IMG/VR virus record: IMGVR_UViG_3300047294_000020
Location: 1 to 32,319 of that record
Length of the DNA stretch: 32,319 nt
Direction: 5' to 3' (one strand)
DNA from: a virus
Taxonomy: Duplodnaviria > Caudoviricetes
Positions 15,613 to 25,797 of the stretch are shown in pieces. The notes beneath the pieces were generated by a model. That model did not search any database. It saw only the letters and a program-made list of their open reading frames with translations, and was not told the DNA's origin. The translations under genes and the position numbers were made by a program. Numbering within the stretch: the first letter of the stretch is position 1; every line of letters starts with the position of its first letter.

Positions 15613-17370
15613 ATGGCAACACAAAGACTTGAATCAGGACAAATGCAACTGCGCTCTGTGGGCGGTGTGCCTATGGTGCAGCCACAGCAGCAGGCGGTAG
15701 ATTTTGTCGGACCAAGGGCTGCGGCACAAGGCGCCAGCCAGCTAGCCCAAGTTCTTGACAGGATGAGCGCCAGCGCTTTCCAAACAGCTGCACCTATGCG
15801 CCAAGCAGAGGGTTTGCAGTACGCTGCAGACAACCCACTGACAAGCGAACAAATACAGATGGCCAAAGATGGCATCCCATTTGGCGCCGGCAGCACCAGC
15901 TCGCTGAACTACTTTGACCAGGCGGTAGCCAAGGCTCGCAGCCTAGAGCTGTCTGGACACTTTGAGATTGAGGGTCGCAATGAGTTAACCAAATTGCTGG
16001 CCGACGTCAAAGACGGCAGGGCTACGTCTGCGCAGGTAAGCTCAAAGATTAGAACCATGACCGATGGTTTATCTAAATCTCTGTCAAGCATAGACCCAGA
16101 GGCGTCTATCAAGTTTCGCGCCACCATGGCCACGCATGGCCACACAGTACTTAACGCTGCATACACCGCAGAGCTAGAGCGTGAAAAGTCTAAAAGATAT
16201 GCATTGGTTGATTCAGACATTGACAATCAATTTCGCATATTGGAGGAAACAGTTTCGCAGGGCAGCGTGACCATAAACGGAAAGCCGTATTCAGTAAATG
16301 AAATTGGCGATGTAATTAGAAAAAACATCTTGACACAGTCTATGCTGCTAGGCGACAAGGCTATACAAAAAGAATACAGCACAAAGTTTGAGGTAGCGTT
16401 TCGCAATGCCAAGATCAACGGTGTGACCAAAGAGTTAATGACAGACGCAAACATGGCAGATCCAGAGTTGACCTTGCAAAAGCTAAGAAGCGGTGATCTT
16501 GGAAAAATGAGCCCCGTGCTCAAAGACTTAATTACCAACGACTTTGATGCCGTTGCTAAAGTGACTGCCAACTACATGGTGGCCGTCAATAACCGCAAGT
16601 CAATCAAGGACGCAAAGATAGCAGACGAGAAGCGAGTTGGCGAAGGCAAAGCCATCAACTTGCTGGAGCAGATCTTCCCGCTGCCAGAAAATAGCCCTAA
16701 ACGCAAAGACCTAATTAACCAGCTCATTGCTTTGCCAGAGGGTTCGGTGCCTATTGGCATGCTAAAAGACATCCTAAAACCCAGCGGAGATGGCGACTCA
16801 GCTCTCAACTTTAATCTTCTTGCCGGCATCTACAACAACACGATCACTACCCCAGACCAGATCTACTCGCTAGTTGGTAAAGGCCTCACCGCCAAAGACG
16901 CTGTGGCTGCGCTCAAGATAATGCAAAGCGAAGACAGACGCGACAGCTCAACACTTGATCGCGGTATATCTCAGCTCTCTGGTATTCCTGTCATACCTGG
17001 TAGCGTGGTGGTAATAGATCCAAAGGGTGAGGAGTTTAAGCGCCGCACCCAGCTGCAGGCAGAAGCGCTGCAGATCCAATCAGCTGCAATTGCTGAAGGT
17101 AAGACGCTAACACCGCGTCAGATATTGACGCAGCTTGAAGACAACATTGCCAAGCGCAGAAATACTGAAGACGCCAAGGCTGCTACCAAGCAGCTCGAAG
17201 AGTTTGCCAAGCGCCCAGATGGAACTTACAAGCCAGGCCGTGATTGGATTACTGGGCCAGTGACACGCGACAATTTGCCAGCTCTGCGTCAAAAGGCTGG
17301 CAACGACGCAAACAAGTTAAGACAAATAGCAGAACTTGAAAAGCTGCTAAAAAGATCGGAAGGTAATTAA
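15613..17370 (+). CDS. Internal virion (ejection) protein
   Basis: Large helical protein in ejection-module position. Confidence 0.6.
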   Translation: MATQRLESGQMQLRSVGGVPMVQPQQQAVDFVGPRAAAQGASQLAQVLDRMSASAFQTAAPMRQAEGLQYAADNPLTSEQIQMAKDGIPFGAGSTSSLNYFDQAVAKARSLELSGHFEIEGRNELTKLLADVKDGRATSAQVSSKIRTMTDGLSKSLSSIDPEASIKFRATMATHGHTVLNAAYTAELEREKSKRYALVDSDIDNQFRILEETVSQGSVTINGKPYSVNEIGDVIRKNILTQSMLLGDKAIQKEYSTKFEVAFRNAKINGVTKELMTDANMADPELTLQKLRSGDLGKMSPVLKDLITNDFDAVAKVTANYMVAVNNRKSIKDAKIADEKRVGEGKAINLLEQIFPLPENSPKRKDLINQLIALPEGSVPIGMLKDILKPSGDGDSALNFNLLAGIYNNTITTPDQIYSLVGKGLTAKDAVAALKIMQSEDRRDSSTLDRGISQLSGIPVIPGSVVVIDPKGEEFKRRTQLQAEALQIQSAAIAEGKTLTPRQILTQLEDNIAKRRNTEDAKAATKQLEEFAKRPDGTYKPGRDWITGPVTRDNLPALRQKAGNDANKLRQIAELEKLLKRSEGN

Positions 17371-17372
17371 GC

Positions 17373-19247
17373 ATGGCCTACAGTCCAATCGAAGACAAAT
17401 ACTTGTCGGCGCTGACTGCTATGCAGTTTCCTGATGAGCCGCCAATGCCAGAGCCAATGGCACCAGAGCAAGCAGCGCCAGCTGGCCAACGTCCAGGCGA
17501 TGTGCTAGTGGCCGAGGCTGGCTCACGTAATCTCCCAGAGCAGGCCTACAGTGGTCGCTACCCTGACAGCATAAAAGCTATTGATCCAACCGTGCGTGAG
17601 CGCTTGGCTAGCATATTGCAGTCTAGCTTTGAGGGATTGGGCATGGATCGCTACAAAGCCCGTCAGAATGCTCAGACGTTGATTGGCGGTGGCAGTAGCA
17701 ACCTGCCCTTAAACATAGGGTTAGCTGACTTTGTACCGTTTTTGGGTACAGGCTTGCAGACTGAAGAAGCCGCAATCATGGGTGGTGAATCTATTGAGTC
17801 TGCCAAGCGTGGCGACCTTGGCACAGCTGCGATGCAGGCTGGCGGTGCTGTGCTGGGATTGGTGCCTGGTGTAGCTGGAACAGTCAAAGCTGGCAAGACG
17901 CTGGTGCCAAAGGCTGGCGAGATGGCCATCAAGAGCATGGAGATGTTAGGCACTCCAGTGCAATTAAATATCGTAGAGCCATCTAAATTTAATCCTAAAG
18001 TTGAGTTGCCAAAAGCTGTAGATGCTGTTGCCAATGATCCAGCTTTAAGCGTTTATTTACCACAAGCGCAGCGAGCACCATCAGTTGCGCTGCGTTTGAC
18101 TAGGCCAGAGATTAAAGGTACTGGAAAAAATGATACCTTGGTTGTAAGTGATATTGGTTTAGTTTTAGAAAAAGCGCAGCTAGCTCTTAATAAAGGCAAA
18201 CCGCTTGACCCAACAAAACCTAAAGATCTTGTCAAGATGGTTGACTCAGCTACAGCAGAAGCTCAATACCAAATGTCGCAGCCAATCAGTGGCGCGACGT
18301 GGTATGAAGATGATGTTTTCCAAGCCTTTTCGCTTGGGTCAAAGATTGTCCCAGAGCTTGCAACAGATGAGCCATTGCGTGTATTGACAACCGCTTTTGC
18401 AGCGTCTACTAGTTACAACAAGCGAGCCTCTGAGAATTGGTCTGTAGCAATGCGGATCACTGAAGATCTAATGAAAACTGGAAAGGTCGCCTCTAGAAAC
18501 CCAGACAATGGCAAGCTATGGGGCGGCACTACTGGGCCAATTATGGAGCAGCAATTAAAGCTGCATGAATTCATGATTGGCAAAATGGGCATGGATGGCT
18601 ACGCAGAGTGGCTGCTAACGCCGCATACCGTCAAAGAGATTAGCAGCATGAAAGAGGCCTCTGGTTTATATAAAACGCCTGGTATACCCGGCAAAGCAGC
18701 CGATCTCAAAATGGGCTCTTTCATCATGGGTGAAAAGGGTGGCGCTTTCTTCCTAAACCTAAACGGCATCAAGGAAACCACCGCAGACAAGTGGTTTACT
18801 AGAACATACAACCGACATACCGGAACACTAACCACCGGCCCAATCAGCGAGCAAGGCTTGGTTGATGCACCGCGCAATGAGGCTGAGCGCTCAGTAATGA
18901 AAGAATTTAATAGATCTGTTGCTACCAACATGAAGCTAGACGAGCAGGCAAACCAAGCGGTATTGTGGTACTACGAGCAGAGCTTGTACTACAATATGGG
19001 AATTAAATCTGCAAGATCGGAGAGTTTTTCAGATGGAGCAAAAACCTTACTCAATGCCAGAGGAATCACCTTCACAGAAGCAGAGCTCGCTGGAGCTAGA
19101 GGCCGCGGCAATGCGGGTCAAGTTGCAGCAGAACCGCCAAGCGCTGCAGGAGCAGGGAATACAGTCGGCGTCGGACAAGCTGCGCCAGCTGAGCCAGCAA
19201 CAACCGTAACACGGGGCCGTGGTGCTCCTAAGTCTGGAGCCAAATAA
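17373..19247 (+). CDS. Ejection-module protein with putative HhH-GPD glycosylase-like domain
   Basis: Position; hydrophobic Gly-rich segment ADFVPFLGTG...VLGLVPGVAG; C-terminal WY...GEK...TADKWFTR...QAVLW. Confidence 0.5.
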   Translation: MAYSPIEDKYLSALTAMQFPDEPPMPEPMAPEQAAPAGQRPGDVLVAEAGSRNLPEQAYSGRYPDSIKAIDPTVRERLASILQSSFEGLGMDRYKARQNAQTLIGGGSSNLPLNIGLADFVPFLGTGLQTEEAAIMGGESIESAKRGDLGTAAMQAGGAVLGLVPGVAGTVKAGKTLVPKAGEMAIKSMEMLGTPVQLNIVEPSKFNPKVELPKAVDAVANDPALSVYLPQAQRAPSVALRLTRPEIKGTGKNDTLVVSDIGLVLEKAQLALNKGKPLDPTKPKDLVKMVDSATAEAQYQMSQPISGATWYEDDVFQAFSLGSKIVPELATDEPLRVLTTAFAASTSYNKRASENWSVAMRITEDLMKTGKVASRNPDNGKLWGGTTGPIMEQQLKLHEFMIGKMGMDGYAEWLLTPHTVKEISSMKEASGLYKTPGIPGKAADLKMGSFIMGEKGGAFFLNLNGIKETTADKWFTRTYNRHTGTLTTGPISEQGLVDAPRNEAERSVMKEFNRSVATNMKLDEQANQAVLWYYEQSLYYNMGIKSARSESFSDGAKTLLNARGITFTEAELAGARGRGNAGQVAAEPPSAAGAGNTVGVGQAAPAEPATTVTRGRGAPKSGAK

Positions 19248-22093
19248 TGGCCATTGAACAAAAGCCCCTAGAGCAGAGACTTGGCCAGCTCCTACCGAGT
19301 GCAGAGCCTGTCACCCCAGCTGAAGACATCCCCTTAGAGCCAATGCCAGCCGCCGATCAAGGCGTTGCTGAGATGCCAACCACGACCGAGCCAGGCACGC
19401 CCACCATGGAAGAGGGTGTGCAGATAGCTGGTCCAATGGACGCGGCAATTCGTAAACTAATTACCAAGCAAGCAGCCAAGGCCGAGCGCAACTTAGTGCC
19501 CGAGGCTGCGCGCATGCCAGAAGGGGAATTGCCAGAGGCTGCCAAGGCTGGCCGTTTTAAGCTGATTCCCGAGGCCGACCAAACCCTGACTGATGAAGTC
19601 AGTCGTGCTGTCAGTCGCAGGCAGACATTTGGCATCACTCAGGGCAAGCCTGGTGGCACGCCAGACGAGCCATTTAATCTATCACGTTATCAGACCGAAG
19701 ATGCTGCAGCCATTGTGGGTGGTGTGGCTGACGCGCTAAACATCAAGACCAAGGCGGTCACATTCCAAGAGATCAAAGACAAGGCTGCAGAGTCTGGTAT
19801 CAGCGAGGCATTCCTGTCTCGGCTGCTTGGCACTGACGGCAAGATGATGGCCAACGCCGTCGACACCTACAAAGCGCTTGAGGTGCTGGAGTCCAGCGCC
19901 AACGAGCTGGATCGCTTGTTCAAGATGGTCAACAGTGGCCAGGCTACTGACGTAGACAAGCTGGTGCTACGCCAGCAGATCGCATTCCATGGCCTGATTC
20001 AGCGCGGTGTTAAGGGTATACAAACCGAGACTGCTAGAGCGCTAGCTGTGTTTCGCATTCCACGCGATGGCAACGCTGCCATTGTGCGGCAAGTCATTGA
20101 CGAGTACGGTGGCGACGCTGCGCTGTCTGACTTGGCTAAGTCTTATCTGACTATTGAGTCGCGTGCAGCTCGCAATGCTTTGGTAGAAAAGTCAATGATG
20201 TCAAGTGTGAAGGATGTCTGGTTCACCACCTACATCAACGGGCTGCTATCTAGCCCCGTATCACACGCAAAGAATGTTGTGTCCAACGCCAGCTTTGGCC
20301 TGTACCAGATCCCCGAGCGTTTGATGGCTGCCTTTTACAGCAATGTATTGCCACCAGGCGTGCGCTCATTTAAGGCGCTGGTGCCTGGCAGTGAGTCTGA
20401 CAAGATCGCCTACGACGAAGCGCTGACCATGATTCAGTCGCTGCGCAATGGCTTGGTTGAGGGCTTTGACTTGGCCACTACGGCATTCAAGAAAAACCAA
20501 CCAAGCGACTTGATGAGCAAGATTGAGGCGCAGCGTGGCACTGACATGCCAGCCATTAGTTCAGCAGCCTTTGGCATTGAGCAAGACAAGTGGCTGGGCA
20601 AAGCCATTGACTTCTATGGCACAGCGATCACTATGCCTGGTCGCATGCTGATGGCAGAAGATGAGTTCTTTAAGGGCACGCTCTATCGCATGGAGCTCAA
20701 CACCCAGATTACTCGCCGCAGCAAGTCGGTATACCGCGATGCAATTGACTCTGGAATGTCAGAGGCAGACGCGCTAGCCAAGGCAGAGGCAGAGGCCGTT
20801 AGCCTGTTCCAAAACCCACCCCGTGATCTGGATGAGGCAGCAGCTTTGTTTGCACAAAAGGGAACCTTTACCGCTGAGTTACCACCAGCTCTAAAGAATC
20901 TGCAACAAACCTTTAACCACCCAGCTCTAAAGATTGTGGTGCCGTTCTTTAAGACCCCTGCCAACATTGGCTTGCAGGTTATAGAGCGCACACCGTTTGC
21001 CCCGCTGTCATCACAGTGGCGCGAGGAGATCGCTAAAGGCGGCGTGTACCGAGATATGGCATTGGCCAAGGTAACACTAGGCTCGGCAGTGCTAGCCACC
21101 TTTGCGGCCTTGTCTGGAGAAGGCAGCATCACTGGACGCGGCCCAGCTCGCAAGGCAGACCGAGATGCGTTGACCCGCGATGGATGGCAGCCCTACTCTT
21201 TGAAGATTGGCGACAAGTACTACAGCTACAGCGGCATGGAACCGGTCTCTGCTCTGATGGCCATTGCTGCTGACTACGCTGAATATGCCAAGCATGAGCA
21301 AGACGCCAGCAAGATTGAAGAGGTTTTCTTGGGTGCTACATACGGGTTGTATGAGTACCTAAAAGAGCAGCCTTACTTGCAAGGGGTGGCTGATATAGGT
21401 AAGCTGATCGGCACTAGCCAACAGGGGGAAGTAGACGGCAAGAAGATTGTGGATGGCCTGGTTAAACAGCTCGGTGGCTTTGTGATTGGTGGCTCGCCAG
21501 CTGGCGCCTACAGCTCACTGCTGGCCGGCATCGAGCGCTTGTCAGATCCAACCAACAGAGACACTCGCGCTAGTCCAGATCTACCCATGGGTGTGCGTGG
21601 CTTTATTGAGGCATTCAACAAGTACAAGTCGCGTATACCGTACTTCAGCGCTGACTTGCCAGAAACGCTTAACCTGTGGGGTGACCCAACCAAGTCAGGC
21701 ACCGGTGCAGCCTACGAGATGGTGCTACCAACCCGCGTGACGCCACAGCAATTCTCTGAGGTGGACGACTTGCTAGTGCGCATGGGCTCACCCATTGGCA
21801 TGCCAGATCGCAAGATTGATGGTGTTGAAATAGATGCATTCCAAAACAACCGTATGCTGACTATTTACGGCAAGGAGCTGCCATCCAAGCAAGAGATCTT
21901 AAACATCATGCAGATGCCAGGCTTTGATCTGCTGTCGCTAGATGATCAACAAAAGACTGTGCAGCGCGTGCATTCCAAATACATGGATGCAGCCAAGCAA
22001 CAACTCAAGTCAGAAGACACCAGTTTGCAGGCCAAGATTGATGAGCTCAAAGAGCTCAAAAAGGCCAATGGACTCTACTACAAACCGGACTAA
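19247..22093 (+). CDS. Large internal virion (ejection) protein
   Basis: 948 aa; VVPFFKTPANI, GWQPYSLKIG, YSGMEP motifs seen in large podovirus ejection/polyvalent proteins. Confidence 0.7.
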   Translation: MAIEQKPLEQRLGQLLPSAEPVTPAEDIPLEPMPAADQGVAEMPTTTEPGTPTMEEGVQIAGPMDAAIRKLITKQAAKAERNLVPEAARMPEGELPEAAKAGRFKLIPEADQTLTDEVSRAVSRRQTFGITQGKPGGTPDEPFNLSRYQTEDAAAIVGGVADALNIKTKAVTFQEIKDKAAESGISEAFLSRLLGTDGKMMANAVDTYKALEVLESSANELDRLFKMVNSGQATDVDKLVLRQQIAFHGLIQRGVKGIQTETARALAVFRIPRDGNAAIVRQVIDEYGGDAALSDLAKSYLTIESRAARNALVEKSMMSSVKDVWFTTYINGLLSSPVSHAKNVVSNASFGLYQIPERLMAAFYSNVLPPGVRSFKALVPGSESDKIAYDEALTMIQSLRNGLVEGFDLATTAFKKNQPSDLMSKIEAQRGTDMPAISSAAFGIEQDKWLGKAIDFYGTAITMPGRMLMAEDEFFKGTLYRMELNTQITRRSKSVYRDAIDSGMSEADALAKAEAEAVSLFQNPPRDLDEAAALFAQKGTFTAELPPALKNLQQTFNHPALKIVVPFFKTPANIGLQVIERTPFAPLSSQWREEIAKGGVYRDMALAKVTLGSAVLATFAALSGEGSITGRGPARKADRDALTRDGWQPYSLKIGDKYYSYSGMEPVSALMAIAADYAEYAKHEQDASKIEEVFLGATYGLYEYLKEQPYLQGVADIGKLIGTSQQGEVDGKKIVDGLVKQLGGFVIGGSPAGAYSSLLAGIERLSDPTNRDTRASPDLPMGVRGFIEAFNKYKSRIPYFSADLPETLNLWGDPTKSGTGAAYEMVLPTRVTPQQFSEVDDLLVRMGSPIGMPDRKIDGVEIDAFQNNRMLTIYGKELPSKQEILNIMQMPGFDLLSLDDQQKTVQRVHSKYMDAAKQQLKSEDTSLQAKIDELKELKKANGLYYKPD

Positions 22094-22122
22094 AACCCTA
22101 CAATTAGGACAGGAGAAATATT

Positions 22123-25100
22123 ATGCCAGTGCCAATTAGTAACGTAACCAGACGCGCAGTCTATTCGCCTACCGGAACCGGTGGCGAAGGCCCCTATGCG
22201 TTTACCTTTGAGATCTTGGCCAACACCGACATCGCTGTCTTCAAGGACGACACGCTGCTCACCTTGACCACCCACTACACCGTGACCATCAACGCGAATG
22301 GCACAGGCTCTGTGACCATCACAGCGACTGGCCTGGCGCTTTCCCCTACCTCGCCCACTCAGTACGCCATTGTTGGCAACCGGACTATCTCTAGGTCTAC
22401 AGACTTCACCACTGGTGGCGACTTCTTTGCTAACACGCTGAATGACGAGCTCGATCAGCAGACCATCTTTGCCCAGCAAAACGCTGAAGGTATTGTTCGA
22501 TCATTGCAAGCGCCTCAGACTGATCCGACAACTATCAATATGATATTGCCTAGATCTACAGTACGAGCTAGTAAAGTGCTGGCATTTGATTCCAGTGGAA
22601 ACCCAACGGCCACTGAGTTTATTGGCTCAAATCGTGGTAATTGGGCGACTTCAACAATTTACTATGTGCGCGATATTGTTAAGGACACTAGCAATAGCAA
22701 TATTTACAACTGTCTAACACAACATACATCCACAGGTAGTCAACCCATTAGCAGTAATGCTGATGTTGCCAAGTGGTCGCTGTTAGTTGATGCTGCAGCT
22801 GCTGCGACAAGTGCTGCTGCAGCTGCCACATCTGCAACAGCTGCGGCTAGCAGTGCCAGCGGTGCGTCCACCTCCGCGACTAACGCTTCAAACTCTGCCA
22901 GCACTGCCAGCACTCAAGCCAGCAATGCGAGCACCTCGGCCACAAGCGCCAGCGGATCTGCAAGCACAGCCACCACGCAAGCTACTGCTGCTGGCACCAG
23001 TGCCACAAGCGCGGCAGCCAGCGCTACATCTGCAACAGCTTCTGCAACTACCGCCACAACACAGGCAACAACAGCCACGACGCAAGCAACCAACGCATCA
23101 ACCAGTGCGACCAATGCTGCGACAAGCGCAACCACTGCGACGACTCAAGCAACAACGGCCACAACTGCGGCCACAACTGCAACAACACAGGCAACTGCGG
23201 CTAGTACGTCGGCTACCAACGCGGCCACCTCGGCTAGTAACGCATCGACCAGTGCAACAGCTGCCGCCGCATCTGCTACCGCCGCTGCTGCCAGCTTTGA
23301 TGCGTTTGATGACATCTACCTTGGTGCCAAAGCAAGCAACCCCACTGTTGATAATGACGGCAACGCGCTGACTACTGGCGACCAATACTTCAACACCGTG
23401 TCCAATGAATTGCGTGTGTGGAATGGCAGTACATGGCAGGCAGCCTCTACTGTTGGTGGCACTGTGGCAAGTCTGAGTGTGACTGGCAACACCACGCTTG
23501 GCGATGGGTCTGCGGACACTCTAACAATCAATGCAACAGTGCAACCTGGAATGATTATCTCAGGCACCGACAACACCAACGCTGCCCTTCGCATCACTCA
23601 GCTTGGTACAGGCAATGCTTTGTTGGTTGAGGATTCAAGCAATCCTGATTCAACACCATTTGTGATTGATGCAACTGGCGCTGTAGCTGTTGGAGCAACA
23701 ACTTCGGCGGCATTAACTATTTCTGGTACACCACAGCTATCGCAAGGTGGAGCATCAGCAACAAATTCTAGAAATGCTTTTTCTCGATGGGACGCAAGCG
23801 CAACTGGATTTGCTATGCAATTTGGCAAATCTAGAAGTGGAACAGTCGGGACTTTTGGAATTGTTTCGTCTGGCGACTCTGCTGGCCAACTGCAATTTTT
23901 TGGTGATGATGGAGCGGCATTTGTTCAATTAGCAACTATTGGCGCTAACGTAGACGGCACACCCGGCACAAACGACATGCCCGGTCGCCTTGTCTTCAGC
24001 ACAACTGCTGACGGTGCAAGTACAGTTACTGAACGTATGAGGATTGATAGTGCTGGTGACGTAGGTATTGGTACGACTGCCCCTGTAACCAAACTTGAAG
24101 TTGCTGGAAATAATACTACCGATTTTTCATCCACTGCTAGTTCAATTTCTGGAACAACATTAACTATTGGCGGGACAGTAACAGGAACAGTTGCGGTTGG
24201 TAGTGCAGTGTTTGCTGCAGGAATGCAACCATACACAAGAATTACTGCTTTTGGTACTGGAACAGGAGGAGCGGGTACTTATACAGTTAATATTTATCAG
24301 ACATTTGCATCAGCGGCAATTTCAGGAAGCGCAACAGACAGCGGTACAGTTATCAGAATAACTGATACAGATACATCTCAAGCGGCTGGTCAACCAACAG
24401 GTGGTTTGCAGTTTTACACGTCTGATGCCTCTACTCCTACTGCTGGTGTAGGTGCTTATGTTGCCGCAGTTGCTGAAAGCAATACACCAGACACAGCACT
24501 TGTATTTGGTACTAGGGACAATAGTGGTGGTGGCATAGACGCTAATGAGCGTATGCGTATCGACTCCAGCGGTAATGTGGGAATTGGTACAAGCTCTCCT
24601 GCTTACCCGCTTCAAGTTTCTACTGCATCAGAAACAAATATTGCTATAACAGGTGGAACATCATCAGAAACTAACATATTCTTTGGTGACTCAGGCAGCG
24701 CAGTTATTGGGCGCATTACCTACAATAACAACGGCGATTACATGCGGTTTTATGTAAACGCAGCAGAACGTATGCGTATCGACTCCAGCGGTAATGCGGG
24801 GATTGGCAATACAACTCCATCTTCTTATAATGCGGTGGCTGATAATCTTGTAATTGGCACTTCTGGAAGTAACGGTCTTACTATTGTTTCTGGGACTGCA
24901 AACGATGGGTCTATTCACTTTGCCGATGGCACTAGCGGCGCAGACACTGATCGTGGACAGATTTTCTATTCACACGCCGGAAACTACATGGTATTTGGTA
25001 CAGATGCCACAGAGCGTATGCGTATCAACTCCAGCGGTAACTTGCTGGTGGGGACTACGAGTTCTACTGTAGGGGGTCAAACTCCAAAATTAGGCGTTGT

Positions 25101-25605
25101 TGGAACTAATAACGCAACGATTGCAGTTGATTGCACGGCATCTTCTGGGGCTTCTGGAATTCATATTAGACGTTCTGTGTCAGGAACGGGTGAAGTTATG
25201 ACTTTTGACTCTCTAACAACCAGAGTTGGAAGCATTTCAATTACAGGTTCTGCTACTGCATATAACACTTCATCTGACTATCGTTTAAAAGAAAATATTA
25301 CGCCTATGACGGGCGCATTGGCTAAAGTCGCACTATTAAAACCAGTTACATATAAGTGGAAAGTAGATGGTTCTAATGGAGAAGGTTTTATAGCGCATGA
25401 ATTGGCAGAAGTTGTTGAAGGTTGCGTAACAGGCGAAAAAGACGCAGTAGACGCTGATGGTAATCCTAAATACCAAGGCATTGATACATCATTCCTAGTA
25501 GCAACACTAACAGCGGCAATCCAAGAACTCAAAACGATGAACGACACACAAGCCGAAACAATCAACGCACTAACCGCCCGTATTACGGCATTAGAAAATG
25601 CTTGA
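22123..25605 (+). CDS. Tail fibre with C-terminal S74 intramolecular chaperone
   Basis: T7-like N-terminal anchor (YAFTFEI...LNDELDQQTIFAQQ); Ala/Thr/Ser coil; ERMRIDSSGNVGIG repeats; SDYRLKENI...GFIAHEL...AAIQEL. Confidence 0.92.
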   Translation: MPVPISNVTRRAVYSPTGTGGEGPYAFTFEILANTDIAVFKDDTLLTLTTHYTVTINANGTGSVTITATGLALSPTSPTQYAIVGNRTISRSTDFTTGGDFFANTLNDELDQQTIFAQQNAEGIVRSLQAPQTDPTTINMILPRSTVRASKVLAFDSSGNPTATEFIGSNRGNWATSTIYYVRDIVKDTSNSNIYNCLTQHTSTGSQPISSNADVAKWSLLVDAAAAATSAAAAATSATAAASSASGASTSATNASNSASTASTQASNASTSATSASGSASTATTQATAAGTSATSAAASATSATASATTATTQATTATTQATNASTSATNAATSATTATTQATTATTAATTATTQATAASTSATNAATSASNASTSATAAAASATAAAASFDAFDDIYLGAKASNPTVDNDGNALTTGDQYFNTVSNELRVWNGSTWQAASTVGGTVASLSVTGNTTLGDGSADTLTINATVQPGMIISGTDNTNAALRITQLGTGNALLVEDSSNPDSTPFVIDATGAVAVGATTSAALTISGTPQLSQGGASATNSRNAFSRWDASATGFAMQFGKSRSGTVGTFGIVSSGDSAGQLQFFGDDGAAFVQLATIGANVDGTPGTNDMPGRLVFSTTADGASTVTERMRIDSAGDVGIGTTAPVTKLEVAGNNTTDFSSTASSISGTTLTIGGTVTGTVAVGSAVFAAGMQPYTRITAFGTGTGGAGTYTVNIYQTFASAAISGSATDSGTVIRITDTDTSQAAGQPTGGLQFYTSDASTPTAGVGAYVAAVAESNTPDTALVFGTRDNSGGGIDANERMRIDSSGNVGIGTSSPAYPLQVSTASETNIAITGGTSSETNIFFGDSGSAVIGRITYNNNGDYMRFYVNAAERMRIDSSGNAGIGNTTPSSYNAVADNLVIGTSGSNGLTIVSGTANDGSIHFADGTSGADTDRGQIFYSHAGNYMVFGTDATERMRINSSGNLLVGTTSSTVGGQTPKLGVVGTNNATIAVDCTASSGASGIHIRRSVSGTGEVMTFDSLTTRVGSISITGSATAYNTSSDYRLKENITPMTGALAKVALLKPVTYKWKVDGSNGEGFIAHELAEVVEGCVTGEKDAVDADGNPKYQGIDTSFLVATLTAAIQELKTMNDTQAETINALTARITALENA
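22790..23300 (+). repeat. Ala/Thr/Ser low-complexity heptad-like repeat in tail fibre
   Basis: ATTATTQ and ASTSATN units. Confidence 0.85.
24550..25040 (+). repeat. Three near-identical DNA repeats encoding RMRI(D/N)SSGN
   Basis: 28-nt identity at 24550-24577 and 24769-24796; 25/26 match at 25015-25040. Confidence 0.9.
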
Positions 25606-25795
25606 GGATACTGAGACACGCCTGGCCGTGCATGAGGCGCTCTGCTCTGAGCGTTACAAGCGCATTGATGATTCTCTGTCGCGTGGTGACAAGCGCATGG
25701 CCAAGATTGAATACCTCATCTATGCGGTGATGCTGTGTGTTCTGCTTGGACCAGGTGTGGCTGCAGACTTTGTTAAGAAGATGCTAGGCATCTAG
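25598..25795 (+). CDS. Small membrane protein (holin-like candidate)
   Basis: HEALCSERY coiled segment then one TM; first gene of lysis region. Confidence 0.55.
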   Translation: MLEDTETRLAVHEALCSERYKRIDDSLSRGDKRMAKIEYLIYAVMLCVLLGPGVAADFVKKMLGI

Positions 25796-25797
25796 AT

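Noticed and set aside
22787-23371. 194-aa alternative-frame ORF and several antisense ORFs
   Set aside because: Shadows of the stop-poor Ala/Thr/Ser repeat
24550-25040. CRISPR-like repeats
   Set aside because: Repeats are in-frame coding and spaced 219 and 246 nt apart; no cas genes
22123-25605. Diversity-generating retroelement, given BPP-1-like virion genes
   Set aside because: No reverse transcriptase ORF and no TR/VR pair differing at adenines seen
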